Shown here piece after piece: positions 10,788 through 22,488 of a stretch of DNA of 64,000 bases. The stretch is taken from IMG/VR virus record IMGVR_UViG_3300023371_004674. The stretch is one strand, 5' to 3'. The first letter of the stretch is position 1. Every line of letters begins with the position of its first letter. The position numbers and the translations under genes are program-made. This stretch comes from an uncultured virus (IMG/VR IMGVR_UViG_3300023371_004674) (lineage: Duplodnaviria > Heunggongvirae > Uroviricota > Caudoviricetes). The notes under the pieces are model-generated. The model did not search any database. It worked only from the letters and a program-made list of their open reading frames with translations, and was not told the origin of the DNA.

Positions 10788-10901
10788 GGGGCAAGCGGTG
10801 GCAGGAATGTTCCGCTCGCCCCTCCCTCTCACACGAGAGGGGTTTTACTGGGTTTGCCGAGTTCTTTCTTTAAGGGGGAGAGAGCTCGGCTTTTCTTTTT
10901 C
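10788..10901 (+). ncRNA. Putative ~110-nt antisense small RNA
   Basis: Own promoter; hairpins ggggcaagcgg/ccgctcgcccc and ccctctc/gagaggg; terminator gccgag../ctcggc-TTTTCTTTTT; overlaps the 3' end of ORF 10845..11051. Confidence 0.65.
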
Positions 10902-11094
10902 TACCGCGTTTTCGGTAGTGGTAATTAAGGGGACGCCTGCTATGTAGTGGATACATTCATCGAAATCTTCTGCTGTAAGTCCCTTGGATTTCAACCAATC
11001 AGACAAACGAGCATATTGTTTTGGAGTCATAAATTTTGGTCTCACTTTCAATTAACACCTCCTGCCGCCTGTGTTATTTGTAGGTTTGTAACCT

Positions 11095-11175
11095 ACATAC
11101 TTATCTTACAATAGACCGAGCCAAAAGTCAATAGTTTTGCAGATATTTTTCAAATATTTTTCTAAAATATCTGTT
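11095..11175 (-). promoter_or_regulatory. Repeated promoter, copy 2
   Basis: TTGACT (11131-11126)-17-TAAGAT (11108-11103) with AT-rich upstream tract. Confidence 0.8.
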
Positions 11176-11195
11176 TTTATTTTCAAACAGAACAA

Positions 11196-11240
11196 AACAA
11201 AGGCGTTTCGCTACCAATCGGTAACGGAACGCCCTTTCGT
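11196..11240 (-). terminator. Probable terminator
   Basis: aggcgtttcg-ctacc-aatc-ggta-acggaacgccc stem with a T-rich tail on the minus strand. Confidence 0.55.
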
Positions 11241-14200
11241 TTAGAGATAAACCTGCTCGCCGCATCCGATCTCGTGGAACCAACCGGAAATTGCTTCTGC
11301 GAGATCCGTCGAGTCCGTATCGTCTTTGAGGTCATAGCACATCGGACAGCCACCGCCGTAGTAGTTCCCGATAACCAAAAGCGAATCTGCGAAGTTCACT
11401 ACCGCAACGCTGAAATTCCAGTTGTCGATGTCTGCCTGAAAGTCAACCGTGGGGAGCTTATCTTTACGCTCGAACAAATACTCAGCAAGCTCGTCTGCTG
11501 TTGCCGTGATCTTTTTCTCCTGTGTCATAACGTCGTCCTCCTTTCTATTGTTCAATCGAGTAAAAATCTTCATCGCATCCGAAGCACTGATACTTGTATC
11601 CCGGAAGCAAGCTACGGAAGAGGGGACCGCCGCAACGCTTGCACGTTCCAAGTCTGCGGAGATACTTCATTCTCTTTACCTGTTCGGGCGTTGCTCCGTT
11701 TTCTTCGAGATACATTCTTGCCTGCATAACCGAGTCGAAGATCAAAACATCTCCGAACTCTCCTTCGAGGAGTGCGTCCTCACAAGCAGGGTTGAAGACA
11801 ACGAATTTCTTATAGTCCTTGCTCTGAGTATCAACCTTTTCGGTTCGGTTCTTTTCTCTCTGCTCCATACATTCGAGGATCTCATTCGGCTCAAAGCCGA
11901 TGCCCCTGAAAATGTCGATGGCGATTTCGCCTGTTCCTGCGGTTTCATAAACGTAATCGAACATTTTTGCAAACAGTTCAACTCGTCTTTCGCTCGTCAT
12001 CTTTCAGGCCTCCTTACAGCTCGCAACAGAATCCAGCGAGCTTGTGCCAAAGAGCGAGAGTGGTAGGCTTCATTACCACCTCATCAGGAACTCCTTTGTG
12101 GAGATACCACGTTCTCGCCTGTGCGTGAAGACGGTTGCAAGCGTTTCTCTCGCTCTCCGTGAACCACTCACGCATCAAACGCTTTCTTCTGCCGGTGTTC
12201 CACCGAGAACTGCTCATAGTCTCGCATACCACGGCATACGGGACCATCTCTCTGATCTCGTCGGCTGTCAGCTTGATGTAAACTTCCATCTCATTCCTCC
12301 TTGCTATCGTTGATGAGTTCTACGAATATCTCCTTCGTATCGTCGTATGTATGGGCGGACAATTCCGTGTGGGTGAACCAAATATCGTACAGAGCTTTCA
12401 GGAGAGGGGATACGTTTCTCAGGCATTCAACCTCCCACTCTTCAAAATCGAGCGAAAGCTGATCCTGAATGTATCCGAGCAATCCCTTGTAGAACACGAT
12501 GTCGTAACAAGCATCGTAAATCTCGCAGGGTTCCTTCTGGAGCATCATCTGCTCGTATTCTTCGAGCTCCTTGAACGCCCTCTCTTCGAGGACTTCATAA
12601 ATCTGTTTCTTATCAGCCATTTATTCGGCTCCTTTCTTTTCTTTCGGTGCGTGGATTTTCTTTATGACATCTCGATAAATCGAGGAGTCTGTGCCGTAAA
12701 CATTTCTGATGGAGTACCCGTCGCCTCCATCTACGGTTGCAGAGCGAATGAAGCGAATCGGGAGTCTGACATCCTTTTCGAGCTGGAGTTCAAGGATGCT
12801 ACCGCCGCCTCCCCAAAGGTCATACAAGCCGCACTCCACTTTCTTGTCGATAAGGACATATCCGCAGTACGGACGCTTCTCCGCATCGTAAAAGTGTCCG
12901 TTTCTGTCTTGCAGCTTCAGCAGTTCGTTCAGCTCGAAGATCTCTTCGAGAGTCATTCGCACGAGGAACGTCAGGATTGCCATATGCGAGCCGTGGTTGA
13001 TAACCTCCTGTCGCATTGATTCGAGGAAGCCGTGCGGATCTTTGATGTCTCCCTTACGGAGAGCCTTGTTCAAATCGGTCTTGGTGTAACCCTGCTGGCG
13101 AGTGAGCCAAAGGATACTTGCCTTATCGTCGATGGTTTCTCCACATCTTCCGTTGTAGTGCGGATACACGCAGTTGAGAACATAATCGTAGTTGCCATCG
13201 CCGGTATCTACGAAGATGTTCACGCAGAACTCTTGCTTCAGGAAATGCTCATACGGATAATCAATGGAAACGAGCTCTCGGATATAGTCCTTTACCTCAT
13301 CCTCGTAGCACTCCGCATCCTGTATTCCCATTTCGACGGTAGCCATCACGTGCTTGAACAGGTCGTGCTCAATCTGCCACTCCGCATCCTGATACCACTC
13401 GAACATTTTATCATAGAAGCGTTGCTCAGGATCAGGAGCTTCCATAATCTCTTGCAGAGTTTTGTCGTCCATTTCGTCACGGTAGTCTGCGTAGATCTCT
13501 TCGTGATAATAACCATCGGATTTCTTCTTCCAATGACACATCTTACTGTCAATGGCTTCTCTCACGAGCTGCTTGATTACTTCTTTCATATTCGTTCCTC
13601 CTATCAGTACGGGCTGTCGCCATCTACTATCTGGTCGAGCTGTTCCACGATCTCATTCGAGTCGATGAGGTCGGGCAGGAGCTTTTCAAGGTCGTATATC
13701 AGTTCAACGAGCTTCGCATACGCCTTGTCTCCGTTTCTGCTGATGTAACGGTAATGCTTCCATTCAATCCCCTGATCTACCACAATCGGGTTCTTCAGGA
13801 ACGGGCTCTTGCAACCAAAGTGCTTTTTCAGGATAGTTTCGAGATCGACTATCTTTTCTGACATCTTATACCTCCATAAAACTTACGAACCAAGACAAGC
13901 ATTCCGTTCTGTCAGGGAACTCTTCTTCCCAACGGTCAACTCCGTCTGTGATTACGCCTATTACTTCGATGCCGGTGTCGAACAGGTAGAATCCGCACAT
14001 TCCTTTTACAAGACCTACTCTCTTGTAACCAGCCTCATCCACGACCTTGTACCAAGAGTCGTCCATATGTACTGAGCCGCATTCGGGGCATACCCAAATT
14101 GCCTGTCTGTTCTGGTCGATCTGGATCTTCTTGTTCACGAACTGCTCGCAATCGGGACAAACGGTTGTCAATCGTACCATTGTTCTTCGACCTCCGCTTT

Positions 14201-14722
14201 CACGTCAACCAGTGCGTCCGAAAGAGTTTCAAGCATCTCGACTATTTCATCCGCATCATTTACGAGCGTTCTGATTGATGGGATGCTGTTTCTGTTCGGG
14301 TTGTCCGAGTTCGTCTTCGCCTGCACCCACATCTCCACGTGTTCTTCAGGATCCCAATCCCTTGCATATTCAACCACGCCTTTCACGAGGTCTTCGTCTC
14401 CGTGAATGTAGAAAAGAAAATCCTCTCCCGCAGGACTGAACTGCTCGAATTCTACGCCGCCCCGCTCATCCTCGTAGGTAATCCATCCGAGGTCTCTTGC
14501 CTTTTCGAGTGCTCGTCTTCTGATCTCCAATTTGAGAGCCGCTTCGTCTGCCGCCTCCTGTTCTTCTTCGGTCTTGGCTTCCCAAGCCTTGTAATACTCC
14601 CTCGCCATAAGGTCGGCGGTCTTTCTATCCACGCCTTTCTTCTCGATGGCTTTGTAAACCTTTTCTTTTTCTTCAGGTTCGTGCTCCAATTCGAGCAATC
14701 TCAAAATCAACTCATTGAGCAT
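11241..14722 (-). other. Operon of hypothetical genes (11241..~11530, 11545..12000, 12014..12289, 12291..12620, 12621..13589, 13604..13864, 13866..14180, 14168..~14722)
   Basis: Coupled, mostly acidic ORFs with RBSs downstream of the promoter at 14816-14843. Confidence 0.7.
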
Positions 14723-14804
14723 TTCCGATAACTCCTTTCTGACTATCCAATCGGTAACTGTTGCTGTTAAAAACAAGCGGTCTGCACCGCTCCCGATGTG
14801 GATT

Positions 14805-14885
14805 TACTTTACTTTATCTTACAACACCTACCGCCTAAGTCAATAGGTTTTTCAAAAGTTTTCGAAAAAATTTTCGAGAATATCT
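14805..14885 (-). promoter_or_regulatory. Repeated promoter, copy 3
   Basis: TTGACT (14843-14838)-16-TAAGAT (14821-14816)-AAAGTAAAG. Confidence 0.8.
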
Positions 14886-16468
14886 GTTTTCATTTATCCG
14901 ACGTAATTTTTGCCGAATTCCAGCAGTTCTTCGTAGCTGTTGACTTGCAAGGAAAACAGGTTCGGCTTATCGGTAATCTTCCAATGTCTTCCTGTCATAA
15001 AGATGTGAGCCGGAAACGGAAACGTCTTTGCTGCTTCGAGCAGTATCGCAAACGATTTTTTCTCGATCTCTCTCAGCTCTTCGAGCGTAGGCGGGACTTC
15101 CTCGCACTTTCCATCGCCGAAATAGCCACTGCATTGCTGACAGTGGCGGTCTTTTCTGTGGTTTCGGTAATGCTTCATATGCTGTTCGTATGACATATCA
15201 TTCTCCCTCCTCGCAATCTTCGAGCATCCTGCTGAAAACCCATTCGTCGTTCCTCTCGCAAAAATCAGCCAGCTCTTTGACGGACATATTGTTGTCAGCC
15301 ATAAATTCTACGAGCCAACGGTAGCATCGGTTCGTTTCCTCGACTGTCTGATCTTTCTTTCGGGGCAGACTGTTCTGAACAGAGCGGACGGTAGGCACTC
15401 CACGGATTCCGGCTCTTTTCTCTATGCGTTCCATCAGTTCGCTCATAAGCGTAAACAGCTCGTTCTCCGAGAGGTGCTTCGTTTCGAAGGAATGACAGTC
15501 TTTGCCGTTCATATCATCAACCACGTACAGCTCGTAGTAGTCCTTGTCGATTCTCCCTGCAACGATACGCTCGATGAGCTGCACGTTCAGGTATTTCCAA
15601 CTGTCTCCTACCTTCTTCTTGGCGATTTGGAAAAACGAGCTCGTTCTGTCTCCTGCGTCTGTCTTTTCTCCGTTTCCGAGATCGGCGATCATCACATTGA
15701 CAATCGAGGGATAGGCGAGAACGAGAGGGGCGGAAAGGTGTGCTTTCGTCTCGAATCTCTCGTAAGACATAGGCGATTCTCCCTTTCGGTCAAAATCCTC
15801 TGCACGTTCCAACGCCCACTCAAACAGGTAGTTGATGTATCGCTCCCAAACGGAGTCGTCGTCACCATCGGCGATCACGGCTTTCCCAAGGGTAAATCCG
15901 CTCTGTTCGAGCCAACCGAATTCCTTTTCGAGATGGTCGATGGGCGTCGGCTCATCCAAGCCGTTGGTTTCTGCGTATCGGTCTGCAACCTCTTGGTCGA
16001 ACTCGATCTCTGCGTAAATCTTCCTTAACATTCTTTTTTCTTCCTTTCTCAATCGTTAGGGTACAGTGCCAGCGACCAAGCGTATCCCTGCTCGTAATAG
16101 CAACCGTACTTTCCGAAGATCTTCATAAGACCTTCGACCACTTTATTACCATATGCTCCGCTGTATCCGTTGATGCACTCGTAAAGCGGTCCCTCGAAAG
16201 TCATACAGAGGATTTCTCCCGTGTATTCGAGGCAACGCTTGGGATCTGCGTCCTCGATTACGATGAGGTCATTCGGATCGTTGTATGCGAAGTGTTCTCC
16301 GCTCTTATCGTTCGTGCTGAACGCCTTTCCGTTGAAATAGATAGTCACGTCGATCCAAAGCTGCTTATCAAGCAAGAACTTTCTGACTTCGACCGCCATC
16401 TTCTCAATCTGTTCCGGTGTCAATTTCTTTGCCATCTGTTTCTCCTTCCATATCCGTCTGGTAACTGA

Positions 16469-16600
16469 ATGCCCGTAGATGCCTCAAATTTCGCTTGTGC
16501 GGGGTTTTGTTTTCGGTAGGGTATTTGGTGGTTCGCCCAAAGAAAACCTCTTGGCGAGAGTTTTGTGCGATTTTCGAGGGTGTTTAAGGGTGTTTGGGAG
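16469..16600. repeat. Dispersed intergenic element, copy B
   Basis: Shares atgcccgt..gcggggttttgtt with copy C and tttggtggt..agaaaacc..gagagttttg..agggtg..ggtgtttg with copy D. Confidence 0.6.
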
Positions 16601-16817
16601 GTCGCAGGTCAATACGCCTCTCCATAGTAAATATCAGGTCGGCTCGTTACATTGTAGATCCACGAACCACATCGAACGAGCAGGGCGTCTTTGCCGTAAT
16701 ACTTTTCTTTCATACCGATAACGCTTCCGGTGACGCTGAAATTCGGGAACTGCTGGATGCCGATTTCGAGACCTCTCTTTCTCGGCAAATACTTCACTCT
16801 TGCCATAGTCGCTCCTT

Positions 16818-17138
16818 TCAATTCGTGGTGTCGTAGTAATACTGCAATTCTTCGCCCTTCAGGTTTTCGAGGGCGTATGTCTCCGCCTGCTCAAACAACT
16901 GCTGGTACAGTGCGGCGAGATCGGGAAACGTGCGGTAGTGCTGGGCGACCTTGTGATTGAGAACCATTACAAGCTCCGTCAGATACTTGTAATTGTGCTT
17001 CCATTCCTTCATCGCTCTGCGGAAGGTGTCAATAACACCCGACTTACTGTACTGCTCGGCAATGCTGAAATCCATCCAAAAGGTCGTGATGGGCTTATAT
17101 CCGAGCTCTGATTCGATGTTTCATTTGCTGAATGTCAT
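16818..17138 (-). pseudogene. Hypothetical gene with an in-frame TGA at codon 6
   Basis: RBS GAGGTG, then ATG ACA TTC AGC AAA TGA AAC ATC GAA..., continuing in frame into the 85-aa ORF 16818..17075. Confidence 0.55.
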
Positions 17139-19807
17139 ATCTTTCACCTCACACTTTGAATTCGTAAATCGCTTTCATAGCGTCTTCCTGTTCCGATACT
17201 GCCGTGTTGAGTCTGCACTTGATGTCGAACCAGTTCTTGACAAAATCGAGCATAAACTCAGGATACTCGGTGATTCTGTTAATGCTGGATGCGAGGTTTC
17301 TTGAACCCTTTTCTCCAAAGTTTCCGTATGGACCGAACTTTACGGCATATTCGATACACTTCGGCGTAACCTTCAGATGATACTCGTCTGTAACGGAACC
17401 ACTTCTGATACAAGTGTGCTTGCCCCCGAAGTGAACCTCGATCTCGTCGTTCACTCTTGGCTGGATGCTTTCCTTGATGTAGGCAACCATCTCTTCGATG
17501 TTGCTGATTAGCTTCTCCTTGTCTGCTTCTGTGAAAACCATACTTTCTTTCTCCTTTATGCCAATTCGATATTGAGGACGCTCTTTTCTTTGTCAACCTC
17601 GAACAGATGGGGTTCCATATCTCCCCATACAACGAACTTGCTGGGGACATCGGTTCTGACGATCTTCGTTACCATAACGAACTCATCTCTGTCACGGTAT
17701 TCTCCGTTCTTCTCGATCAAAACCTCTACAAAGCATTCGGTGTCGCCGATGCCTTCGATCTCGATAGCCTGCCAAAGCAGATCCTTGATGTCCTTCGCCT
17801 GTTCGAGCGTATCGCACTCCTTAACGTAGGTGTAGGCTCCCGTGTCGAAGTTGCCGCCGAGCATCTTCTCGTGAATATCAACCGTTGTCTTGAACATTTT
17901 CTTTCTTGCCATTTTCTTATCTCCTTAATCTTCTTTTTCTGCCGTGAGGAAATCGTACATATCGTCATTGATGAAGCGGTACACGGCTTCACCGCCATCA
18001 TCTGTGATGTCAACCTTGCCTTTCGGTGTCTTGGTGAGCTGAGCTTTCAAATAGTTCTTCCATTCGATGTCATCGTAGTTGTCATCAAGATACTTCGTGA
18101 TCTCGGTCGGGTGAAAAATCGCCTTTCTGCGAAGGAACTGTGTGAGCTTACACACAATCAGGTCTTTCGAGATTCTTACAACCTCGATCTCCTTCAGGTA
18201 ATCTTGCCTGATCTCGTCGAGCTCTATGTAGAAACTGGCGTCGATCTCGTCATCTGCGATGTCGAAGGTGAAATCAATCACGCCTTTCAAATCGAATAGT
18301 GTCATCGCTGTCTCTCCTTTCGTAAAGGTATCCATCTGCCTTGTACAACTCTCCGCCCAGTGCATAACAAACCACGGGACCGATTATCGAACCGTCGCAT
18401 ACGTAATATCGAGTGTCTTTGCATTTTCTACTGCTTTCAAGAACAGCCTTTTTAGCGTCTCTTAACTGAACAAAACGCTTCCAGCCATTCAGCGTATTCG
18501 CAACGTAATAACCCACATCTTTCTCCTTTCAGTTCAGTGCCGAGAGGGCGGACATAGGGATAATTGCATCCCACTCCCAACTCTCGTGTTCATCCATCAG
18601 GTGTCCGATGATGTTGTCTGCAAATTCATCGCAGGAGCAGGTCTTGCGAACTTCTTCCCAGAGCCATCTCCACGTCAACTCAATAGGCTTCAGGTGGTCT
18701 TCCGGGAACTCACGAGCAATGCCGGGGAATGCTGCGGGCTTGCACTCGTAGTAGTTCACTCCGTCCTCGCCCTCTCCCATATCGACTACGATTGCTACGA
18801 AATTGTCGTGGGTTACTACCGTGTCATTCTTCTTGAACTTGAACTTTGCCATATCGTTTCTCCTTTCAATCGAAACAAGTGAATTCTTTTACTTCTTTTT
18901 CGGTGATGCGGGTGCTCCACATAAAGCCGGGCTCCCATTTCGCATCCTGTTTAGCCTTGATCTCTTCGGCTGTTTTTCTGTCTTCTGAGCTACCTATCAG
19001 CTCGGTTCCGTAGGGACTATCCATATACACGTAGAACATCTGTCATCCCTCGCTTTCCACGTAACAGAACGCCACGTACTCGGAGTCTTTCATCCGAACC
19101 TTATCAACCGCCTGCTGCTTGGTGTCAGCCATTGCGGTTGCATTTCTTACTCTGCCTGTATCTGCATTTACGATTCGAACAACCCATTTCTTCATTTTCG
19201 TTCTCCTTTCAAATAGCAAGCTCGATGCGGATGCTGTACCCGTAATCTTTCAGGTAATCCGCTCCGTACTTCTTAACGATTTCTGCGACTTTTTCTTCGG
19301 CTTCTGCCTGATCTTTGGCGAAGCCGAGGAGTTTCTTGAACTCCTCGTGCTTCCACAGGGACAATGCAAACATTTCTTTACCTCCTGTCAGTTCTGGTAC
19401 ACCTCGCACTGGTAGTTATACCCGATAACAAATCTGAACTGAGGGAGCAACTTTGCAAGGTCGTGTGCTAACATTTCGTGGCACGTTCTTCCGGTAACTC
19501 CGTAGCTCGCTTCTGCTTCTCCGTACTTCTCTACGGTTGCGATGAGCTCCTCGACCTTTCCTTCCTCGTTGGAGTTGAACCCCATATGTACTGACTTTCT
19601 TGTTTGGCTTGCGTAAAGCTCTCCGTTTCTGGTGTTCCTGTAAACCTGACACCACTTACCGTCAACTTCTTGCTGTCTTTCGATGTCGAGAAAATCTCTG
19701 CCGGTCCTTTCTTCCTCGTCGAACATCTTGTAGAGTTCCTCTTTGCTGATAATCTTGATTTCTGCCATTTCTTTTCTCCTTTTCTATTCCAACTGGTGTT
19801 GGTTTAT

Positions 19808-19885
19808 CTTTACTTTATCTTACAATAAACCGAAACATTTGTCAATAGTTTTACGGATATTTTTTCAATATTTTTTCAAAATAAA
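19808..19885 (-). promoter_or_regulatory. Repeated promoter, copy 4
   Basis: TTGACA (19845-19840)-17-TAAGAT (19822-19817)-AAAGTAAAG. Confidence 0.85.
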
Positions 19886-19924
19886 CAATTTTATTTATAA
19901 TCAAAGCAAAACAAGGCGGAGCGA

Positions 19925-19975
19925 CAACCACTCGGCAACCGTTTTTCAACCATTTCGTCAACCAAATCGTCAACC
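19925..19975. repeat. Five phased CAACC repeats
   Basis: CAACC at 19925, 19936, 19947, 19959 and 19971 (11-12 bp spacing). Confidence 0.6.
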
Positions 19976-19988
19976 GCTTGGTAAACAG

Positions 19989-20022
19989 AAAAGGCGACCT
20001 TTTCAATCCGAAGAGGTCGCCT
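19989..20022 (-). terminator. Intrinsic terminator
   Basis: aggcgacctt../agaggtcgcct inverted repeat with TTTT on the minus strand. Confidence 0.7.
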
Positions 20023-20088
20023 ATATCAAATAGAGCAAGGTCAAATGGGGTATTGTAGGTTCGGAGGTCGTAGAATTACTCCTACGAG

Positions 20089-20328
20089 TCAAATTTCACG
20101 CTTGAATCCTGCAAATACTGCCAACCCTCCACTTCCGTCTTTACAACGGTGAGGCAAGTACATTTGTGCCTGATGCAGAGCTGGATTTCCGGCAAAAAGC
20201 TGATTTTGCTGAACTACTTTGCCGAGAAGTTGGGGTATCGCTTCGGGTGGCAAGTCAGCCGATTCTCCGTATTTGATAACCGCCCCGCACATCTGGCATT
20301 TGTACATTGCGAAATATTTACTCATCAT
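20089..20328 (-). CDS. Small Cys/His-containing hypothetical protein
   Basis: YKCQMCG..HRC. Confidence 0.55.
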   Translation of the reverse strand: MMSKYFAMYKCQMCGAVIKYGESADLPPEAIPQLLGKVVQQNQLFAGNPALHQAQMYLPHRCKDGSGGLAVFAGFKREI

Positions 20329-20540
20329 TCGCTCCTTTGAGTTCGCTCATCTTGTGAGTTGCATTCCAAAGAGCTACAATCTTGCCCTCTTTCTGATCTA
20401 CGAAGCCGATCTTACCTTCGTAAATAGTAATGTTCAAGCCGAACTCAATTGCCGCTTCCTGAATTCTGGTAATCATTCCGCCGACTCTTTCTTCCTTCGT
20501 CATTTCATTCACCTTCTTTTTCATTTCCACGCCTCCTTTC

Positions 20541-21215
20541 TTACTTTGTTCCGGTGGAGCCGAAGCCACCACGATCTGCGTTTCCGAGGCGTTCCACGGA
20601 TTCAAATTCAAGTGTTTCTGGCGACTTGTAGATGGCGAGCTGTGCGACTCTCGTGCCTTTCTCGATAGTCGTGTCACGGAGAGCCTTGGCTACGAATCCG
20701 AGGATGTCGTTATCGCCGCCGTAGGACTGGTCGATGACGCCCATACTGTTTACCATCTGGATCCCGAACTTCTTGGGTGTGCTGCTTCTCGGCAAGATGT
20801 ACGCCGTGTATCCCTTCGGGATCTCAATCGAAATACCGAGAGGGATAATCTTCAGCTCGCCTTCCTTCAGGGAAACGTCTTCCGAAGTGCGAAGATCATA
20901 CCAATCTCCGCCCTCTGCCTTTTCGGGTACGGGGTTGCCGTGTGTGTTGATTCTTACTTTCATTGCTTTTTCTCCTTTGCTTTGCAAATATTCTTCTACG
21001 GTTTTGAGGGGACACCATTCTTCCTTATGGTCGCAAGTCCATTCGAGATCTCTCCACGGATCCTCGATCTCTTCGGGTGCTAACAGGCATCGGCAAATCT
21101 TCTTGTAAACACCTCTGCCCGCAGGGATCTCCTCCGATTTAGAGCGGAACGGGCATTCCGCACAGCATTCGAGGATTTCTTCCGGGACGACATATCCTTT
21201 GACGTGTTTTCCCAT
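20541..21215 (-). CDS. dut: Trimeric dUTPase (own RBS and ATG at 20963), in frame with an upstream Cys-rich domain
   Basis: DL, PRSS, GVIDQSYGG, RVAQL and RGGFGSTG dUTPase motifs. Confidence 0.9.
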   Translation of the reverse strand: MGKHVKGYVVPEEILECCAECPFRSKSEEIPAGRGVYKKICRCLLAPEEIEDPWRDLEWTCDHKEEWCPLKTVEEYLQSKGEKAMKVRINTHGNPVPEKAEGGDWYDLRTSEDVSLKEGELKIIPLGISIEIPKGYTAYILPRSSTPKKFGIQMVNSMGVIDQSYGGDNDILGFVAKALRDTTIEKGTRVAQLAIYKSPETLEFESVERLGNADRGGFGSTGTK

Positions 21216-21216
21216 A

Positions 21217-21552
21217 TCAATCGCCCCATTTCAGCTTCGCCCCGCAATCAGGGCAGTGGCTTGGCGGCTCGTCTCCGTGGTATTCGTTGCCGCATACCGA
21301 GCATTCGTACACGTCATATACAGGAACACCATCGGCGTATCCGTCATATTCTGTGCCGATCCACTCACCCTTGACCTCGAATCTGCATCCAGCCTTATAG
21401 AGCTTTTCTGCATATCCTTGCATAATTTCTCTATACCTTTGGCGTGTGGTCTTGAGATCGTGACCTGTTGGAGTGATGCGAGAGCTTTTCAGAGCGTGTT
21501 CGGTCATTATATCGACCATTCTTTCGATGTCCTTGCTTGCTTCAGGTGTCAT
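21217..21552 (-). CDS. Zn-ribbon phage protein
   Basis: GEW..CSVCG..CPDCGAKL. Confidence 0.6.
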   Translation of the reverse strand: MTPEASKDIERMVDIMTEHALKSSRITPTGHDLKTTRQRYREIMQGYAEKLYKAGCRFEVKGEWIGTEYDGYADGVPVYDVYECSVCGNEYHGDEPPSHCPDCGAKLKWGD

Positions 21553-21883
21553 ACGTTTCCTCCATCATTTGCTTGTATGAAATTCCTCCTGCGAGTCCGC
21601 AGGATTTGTCGCTGTCGGTAGGGGTGTATTCCGCATCCGAGAATGACGGGTGCATATACTCCAGCATTGCAAAGTTCGCAACGTCCACGAGATACTCTGT
21701 GTTATGCGTCTTGCGGTACATTTCGAGTCTCTCCTCGATGCACTTGTACGCCTGAGCGAGTTCGGGGTAGGTGTCGCTCGACCAACCGTACTTATAGTGC
21801 GACATCTCGATTGCATTCTCCATCTTTCTGACGAACTCAGCCGAAAAATCACGTCTCAGGATCTCTTCACGAGTGTTACTCAT
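21542..21883 (-). CDS. Hypothetical protein, possibly an all-alpha NTP pyrophosphohydrolase (MazG-like)
   Basis: KYGW and EYLVDVANFAMLE motifs; next to dUTPase. Confidence 0.4.
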   Translation of the reverse strand: MSNTREEILRRDFSAEFVRKMENAIEMSHYKYGWSSDTYPELAQAYKCIEERLEMYRKTHNTEYLVDVANFAMLEYMHPSFSDAEYTPTDSDKSCGLAGGISYKQMMEETYDT

Positions 21884-22488
21884 CGTAAATCTCCTCTCCC
21901 ATTTCCAAAGCTGTTTCGTCTATCAGCTCTTCAACCTCCGAGCATTCAAACGTGCCATCAATGGAAACGAACTTTTCTTTTGCCCTCTTTTGAAAATCCT
22001 TGATCGTGTCATCTCTCGCCGATGCCAGCCTGTCAGAGAGCTGCTGGTTCTTCGTGAGCATCTCCTGCATCCAATCCTCTTTCTTCAGGATTGCATTTGC
22101 GAGATCTTCGTTGGTTCCTTGGAGTCTGTCAATGAGGGCAATGGCATCATTCGCAAGACGTTCCGAACATAACTCATCGTCTGCCAGCTCGATGATTGCA
22201 TACGGGCAATTATCGCACTTGGTTTTCTCGGTGAGGTTGCAGTGCGTCAACCCTTCTTTGATGATGTCAGCCGTTATCTTCATCTTCCAACCACCTCAAT
22301 ATTTCTCCGACCACTTCATCTACCGCATAGATGCTAACAGAACAAGCCGCTTTGTCCTCTCTTTCGTGCAAAAACTCCTGAATCTTCAAGGCTGTTTCTC
22401 TTGCTCCGCTAATGTAGCCTTGCCTACGCCACGCTGCTGCTCGGAGCATTGTTCCGGGTTCTTTGATTTCTCTCTTTTTTACACTCAT
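21876..22488 (-). other. Two hypothetical genes (21876..22283, 22267..22488)
   Basis: Coupled ORFs; the first has C..CPY followed by a coiled coil. Confidence 0.55.

Larger units (their letters stand above)
9331..11051 (-). other. Small hypothetical genes upstream of DGR target 2 (9331..~9606, 9591..10091, 10108..10500, 10493..10744, 10845..11051)
   Basis: Co-oriented ORFs with RBSs downstream of the promoter at 11103-11131. Confidence 0.65.
14894..19768 (-). other. Operon of about 14 small hypothetical genes (e.g. 14894..15196, 15198..16052, 16049..16435, 16609..16821, 17149..17541, 17556..17912, 18529..18852, 19388..19768)
   Basis: Co-oriented ORFs with AAAGGAG RBSs downstream of the promoter at 19817-19845. 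Confidence 0.7.

Noticed and set aside
17121..17123. Genome-wide TGA or TAG recoding
   Set aside because: Many genes end at TGA/TAG, often in ATGA overlaps, and long genes are intact in the standard code.
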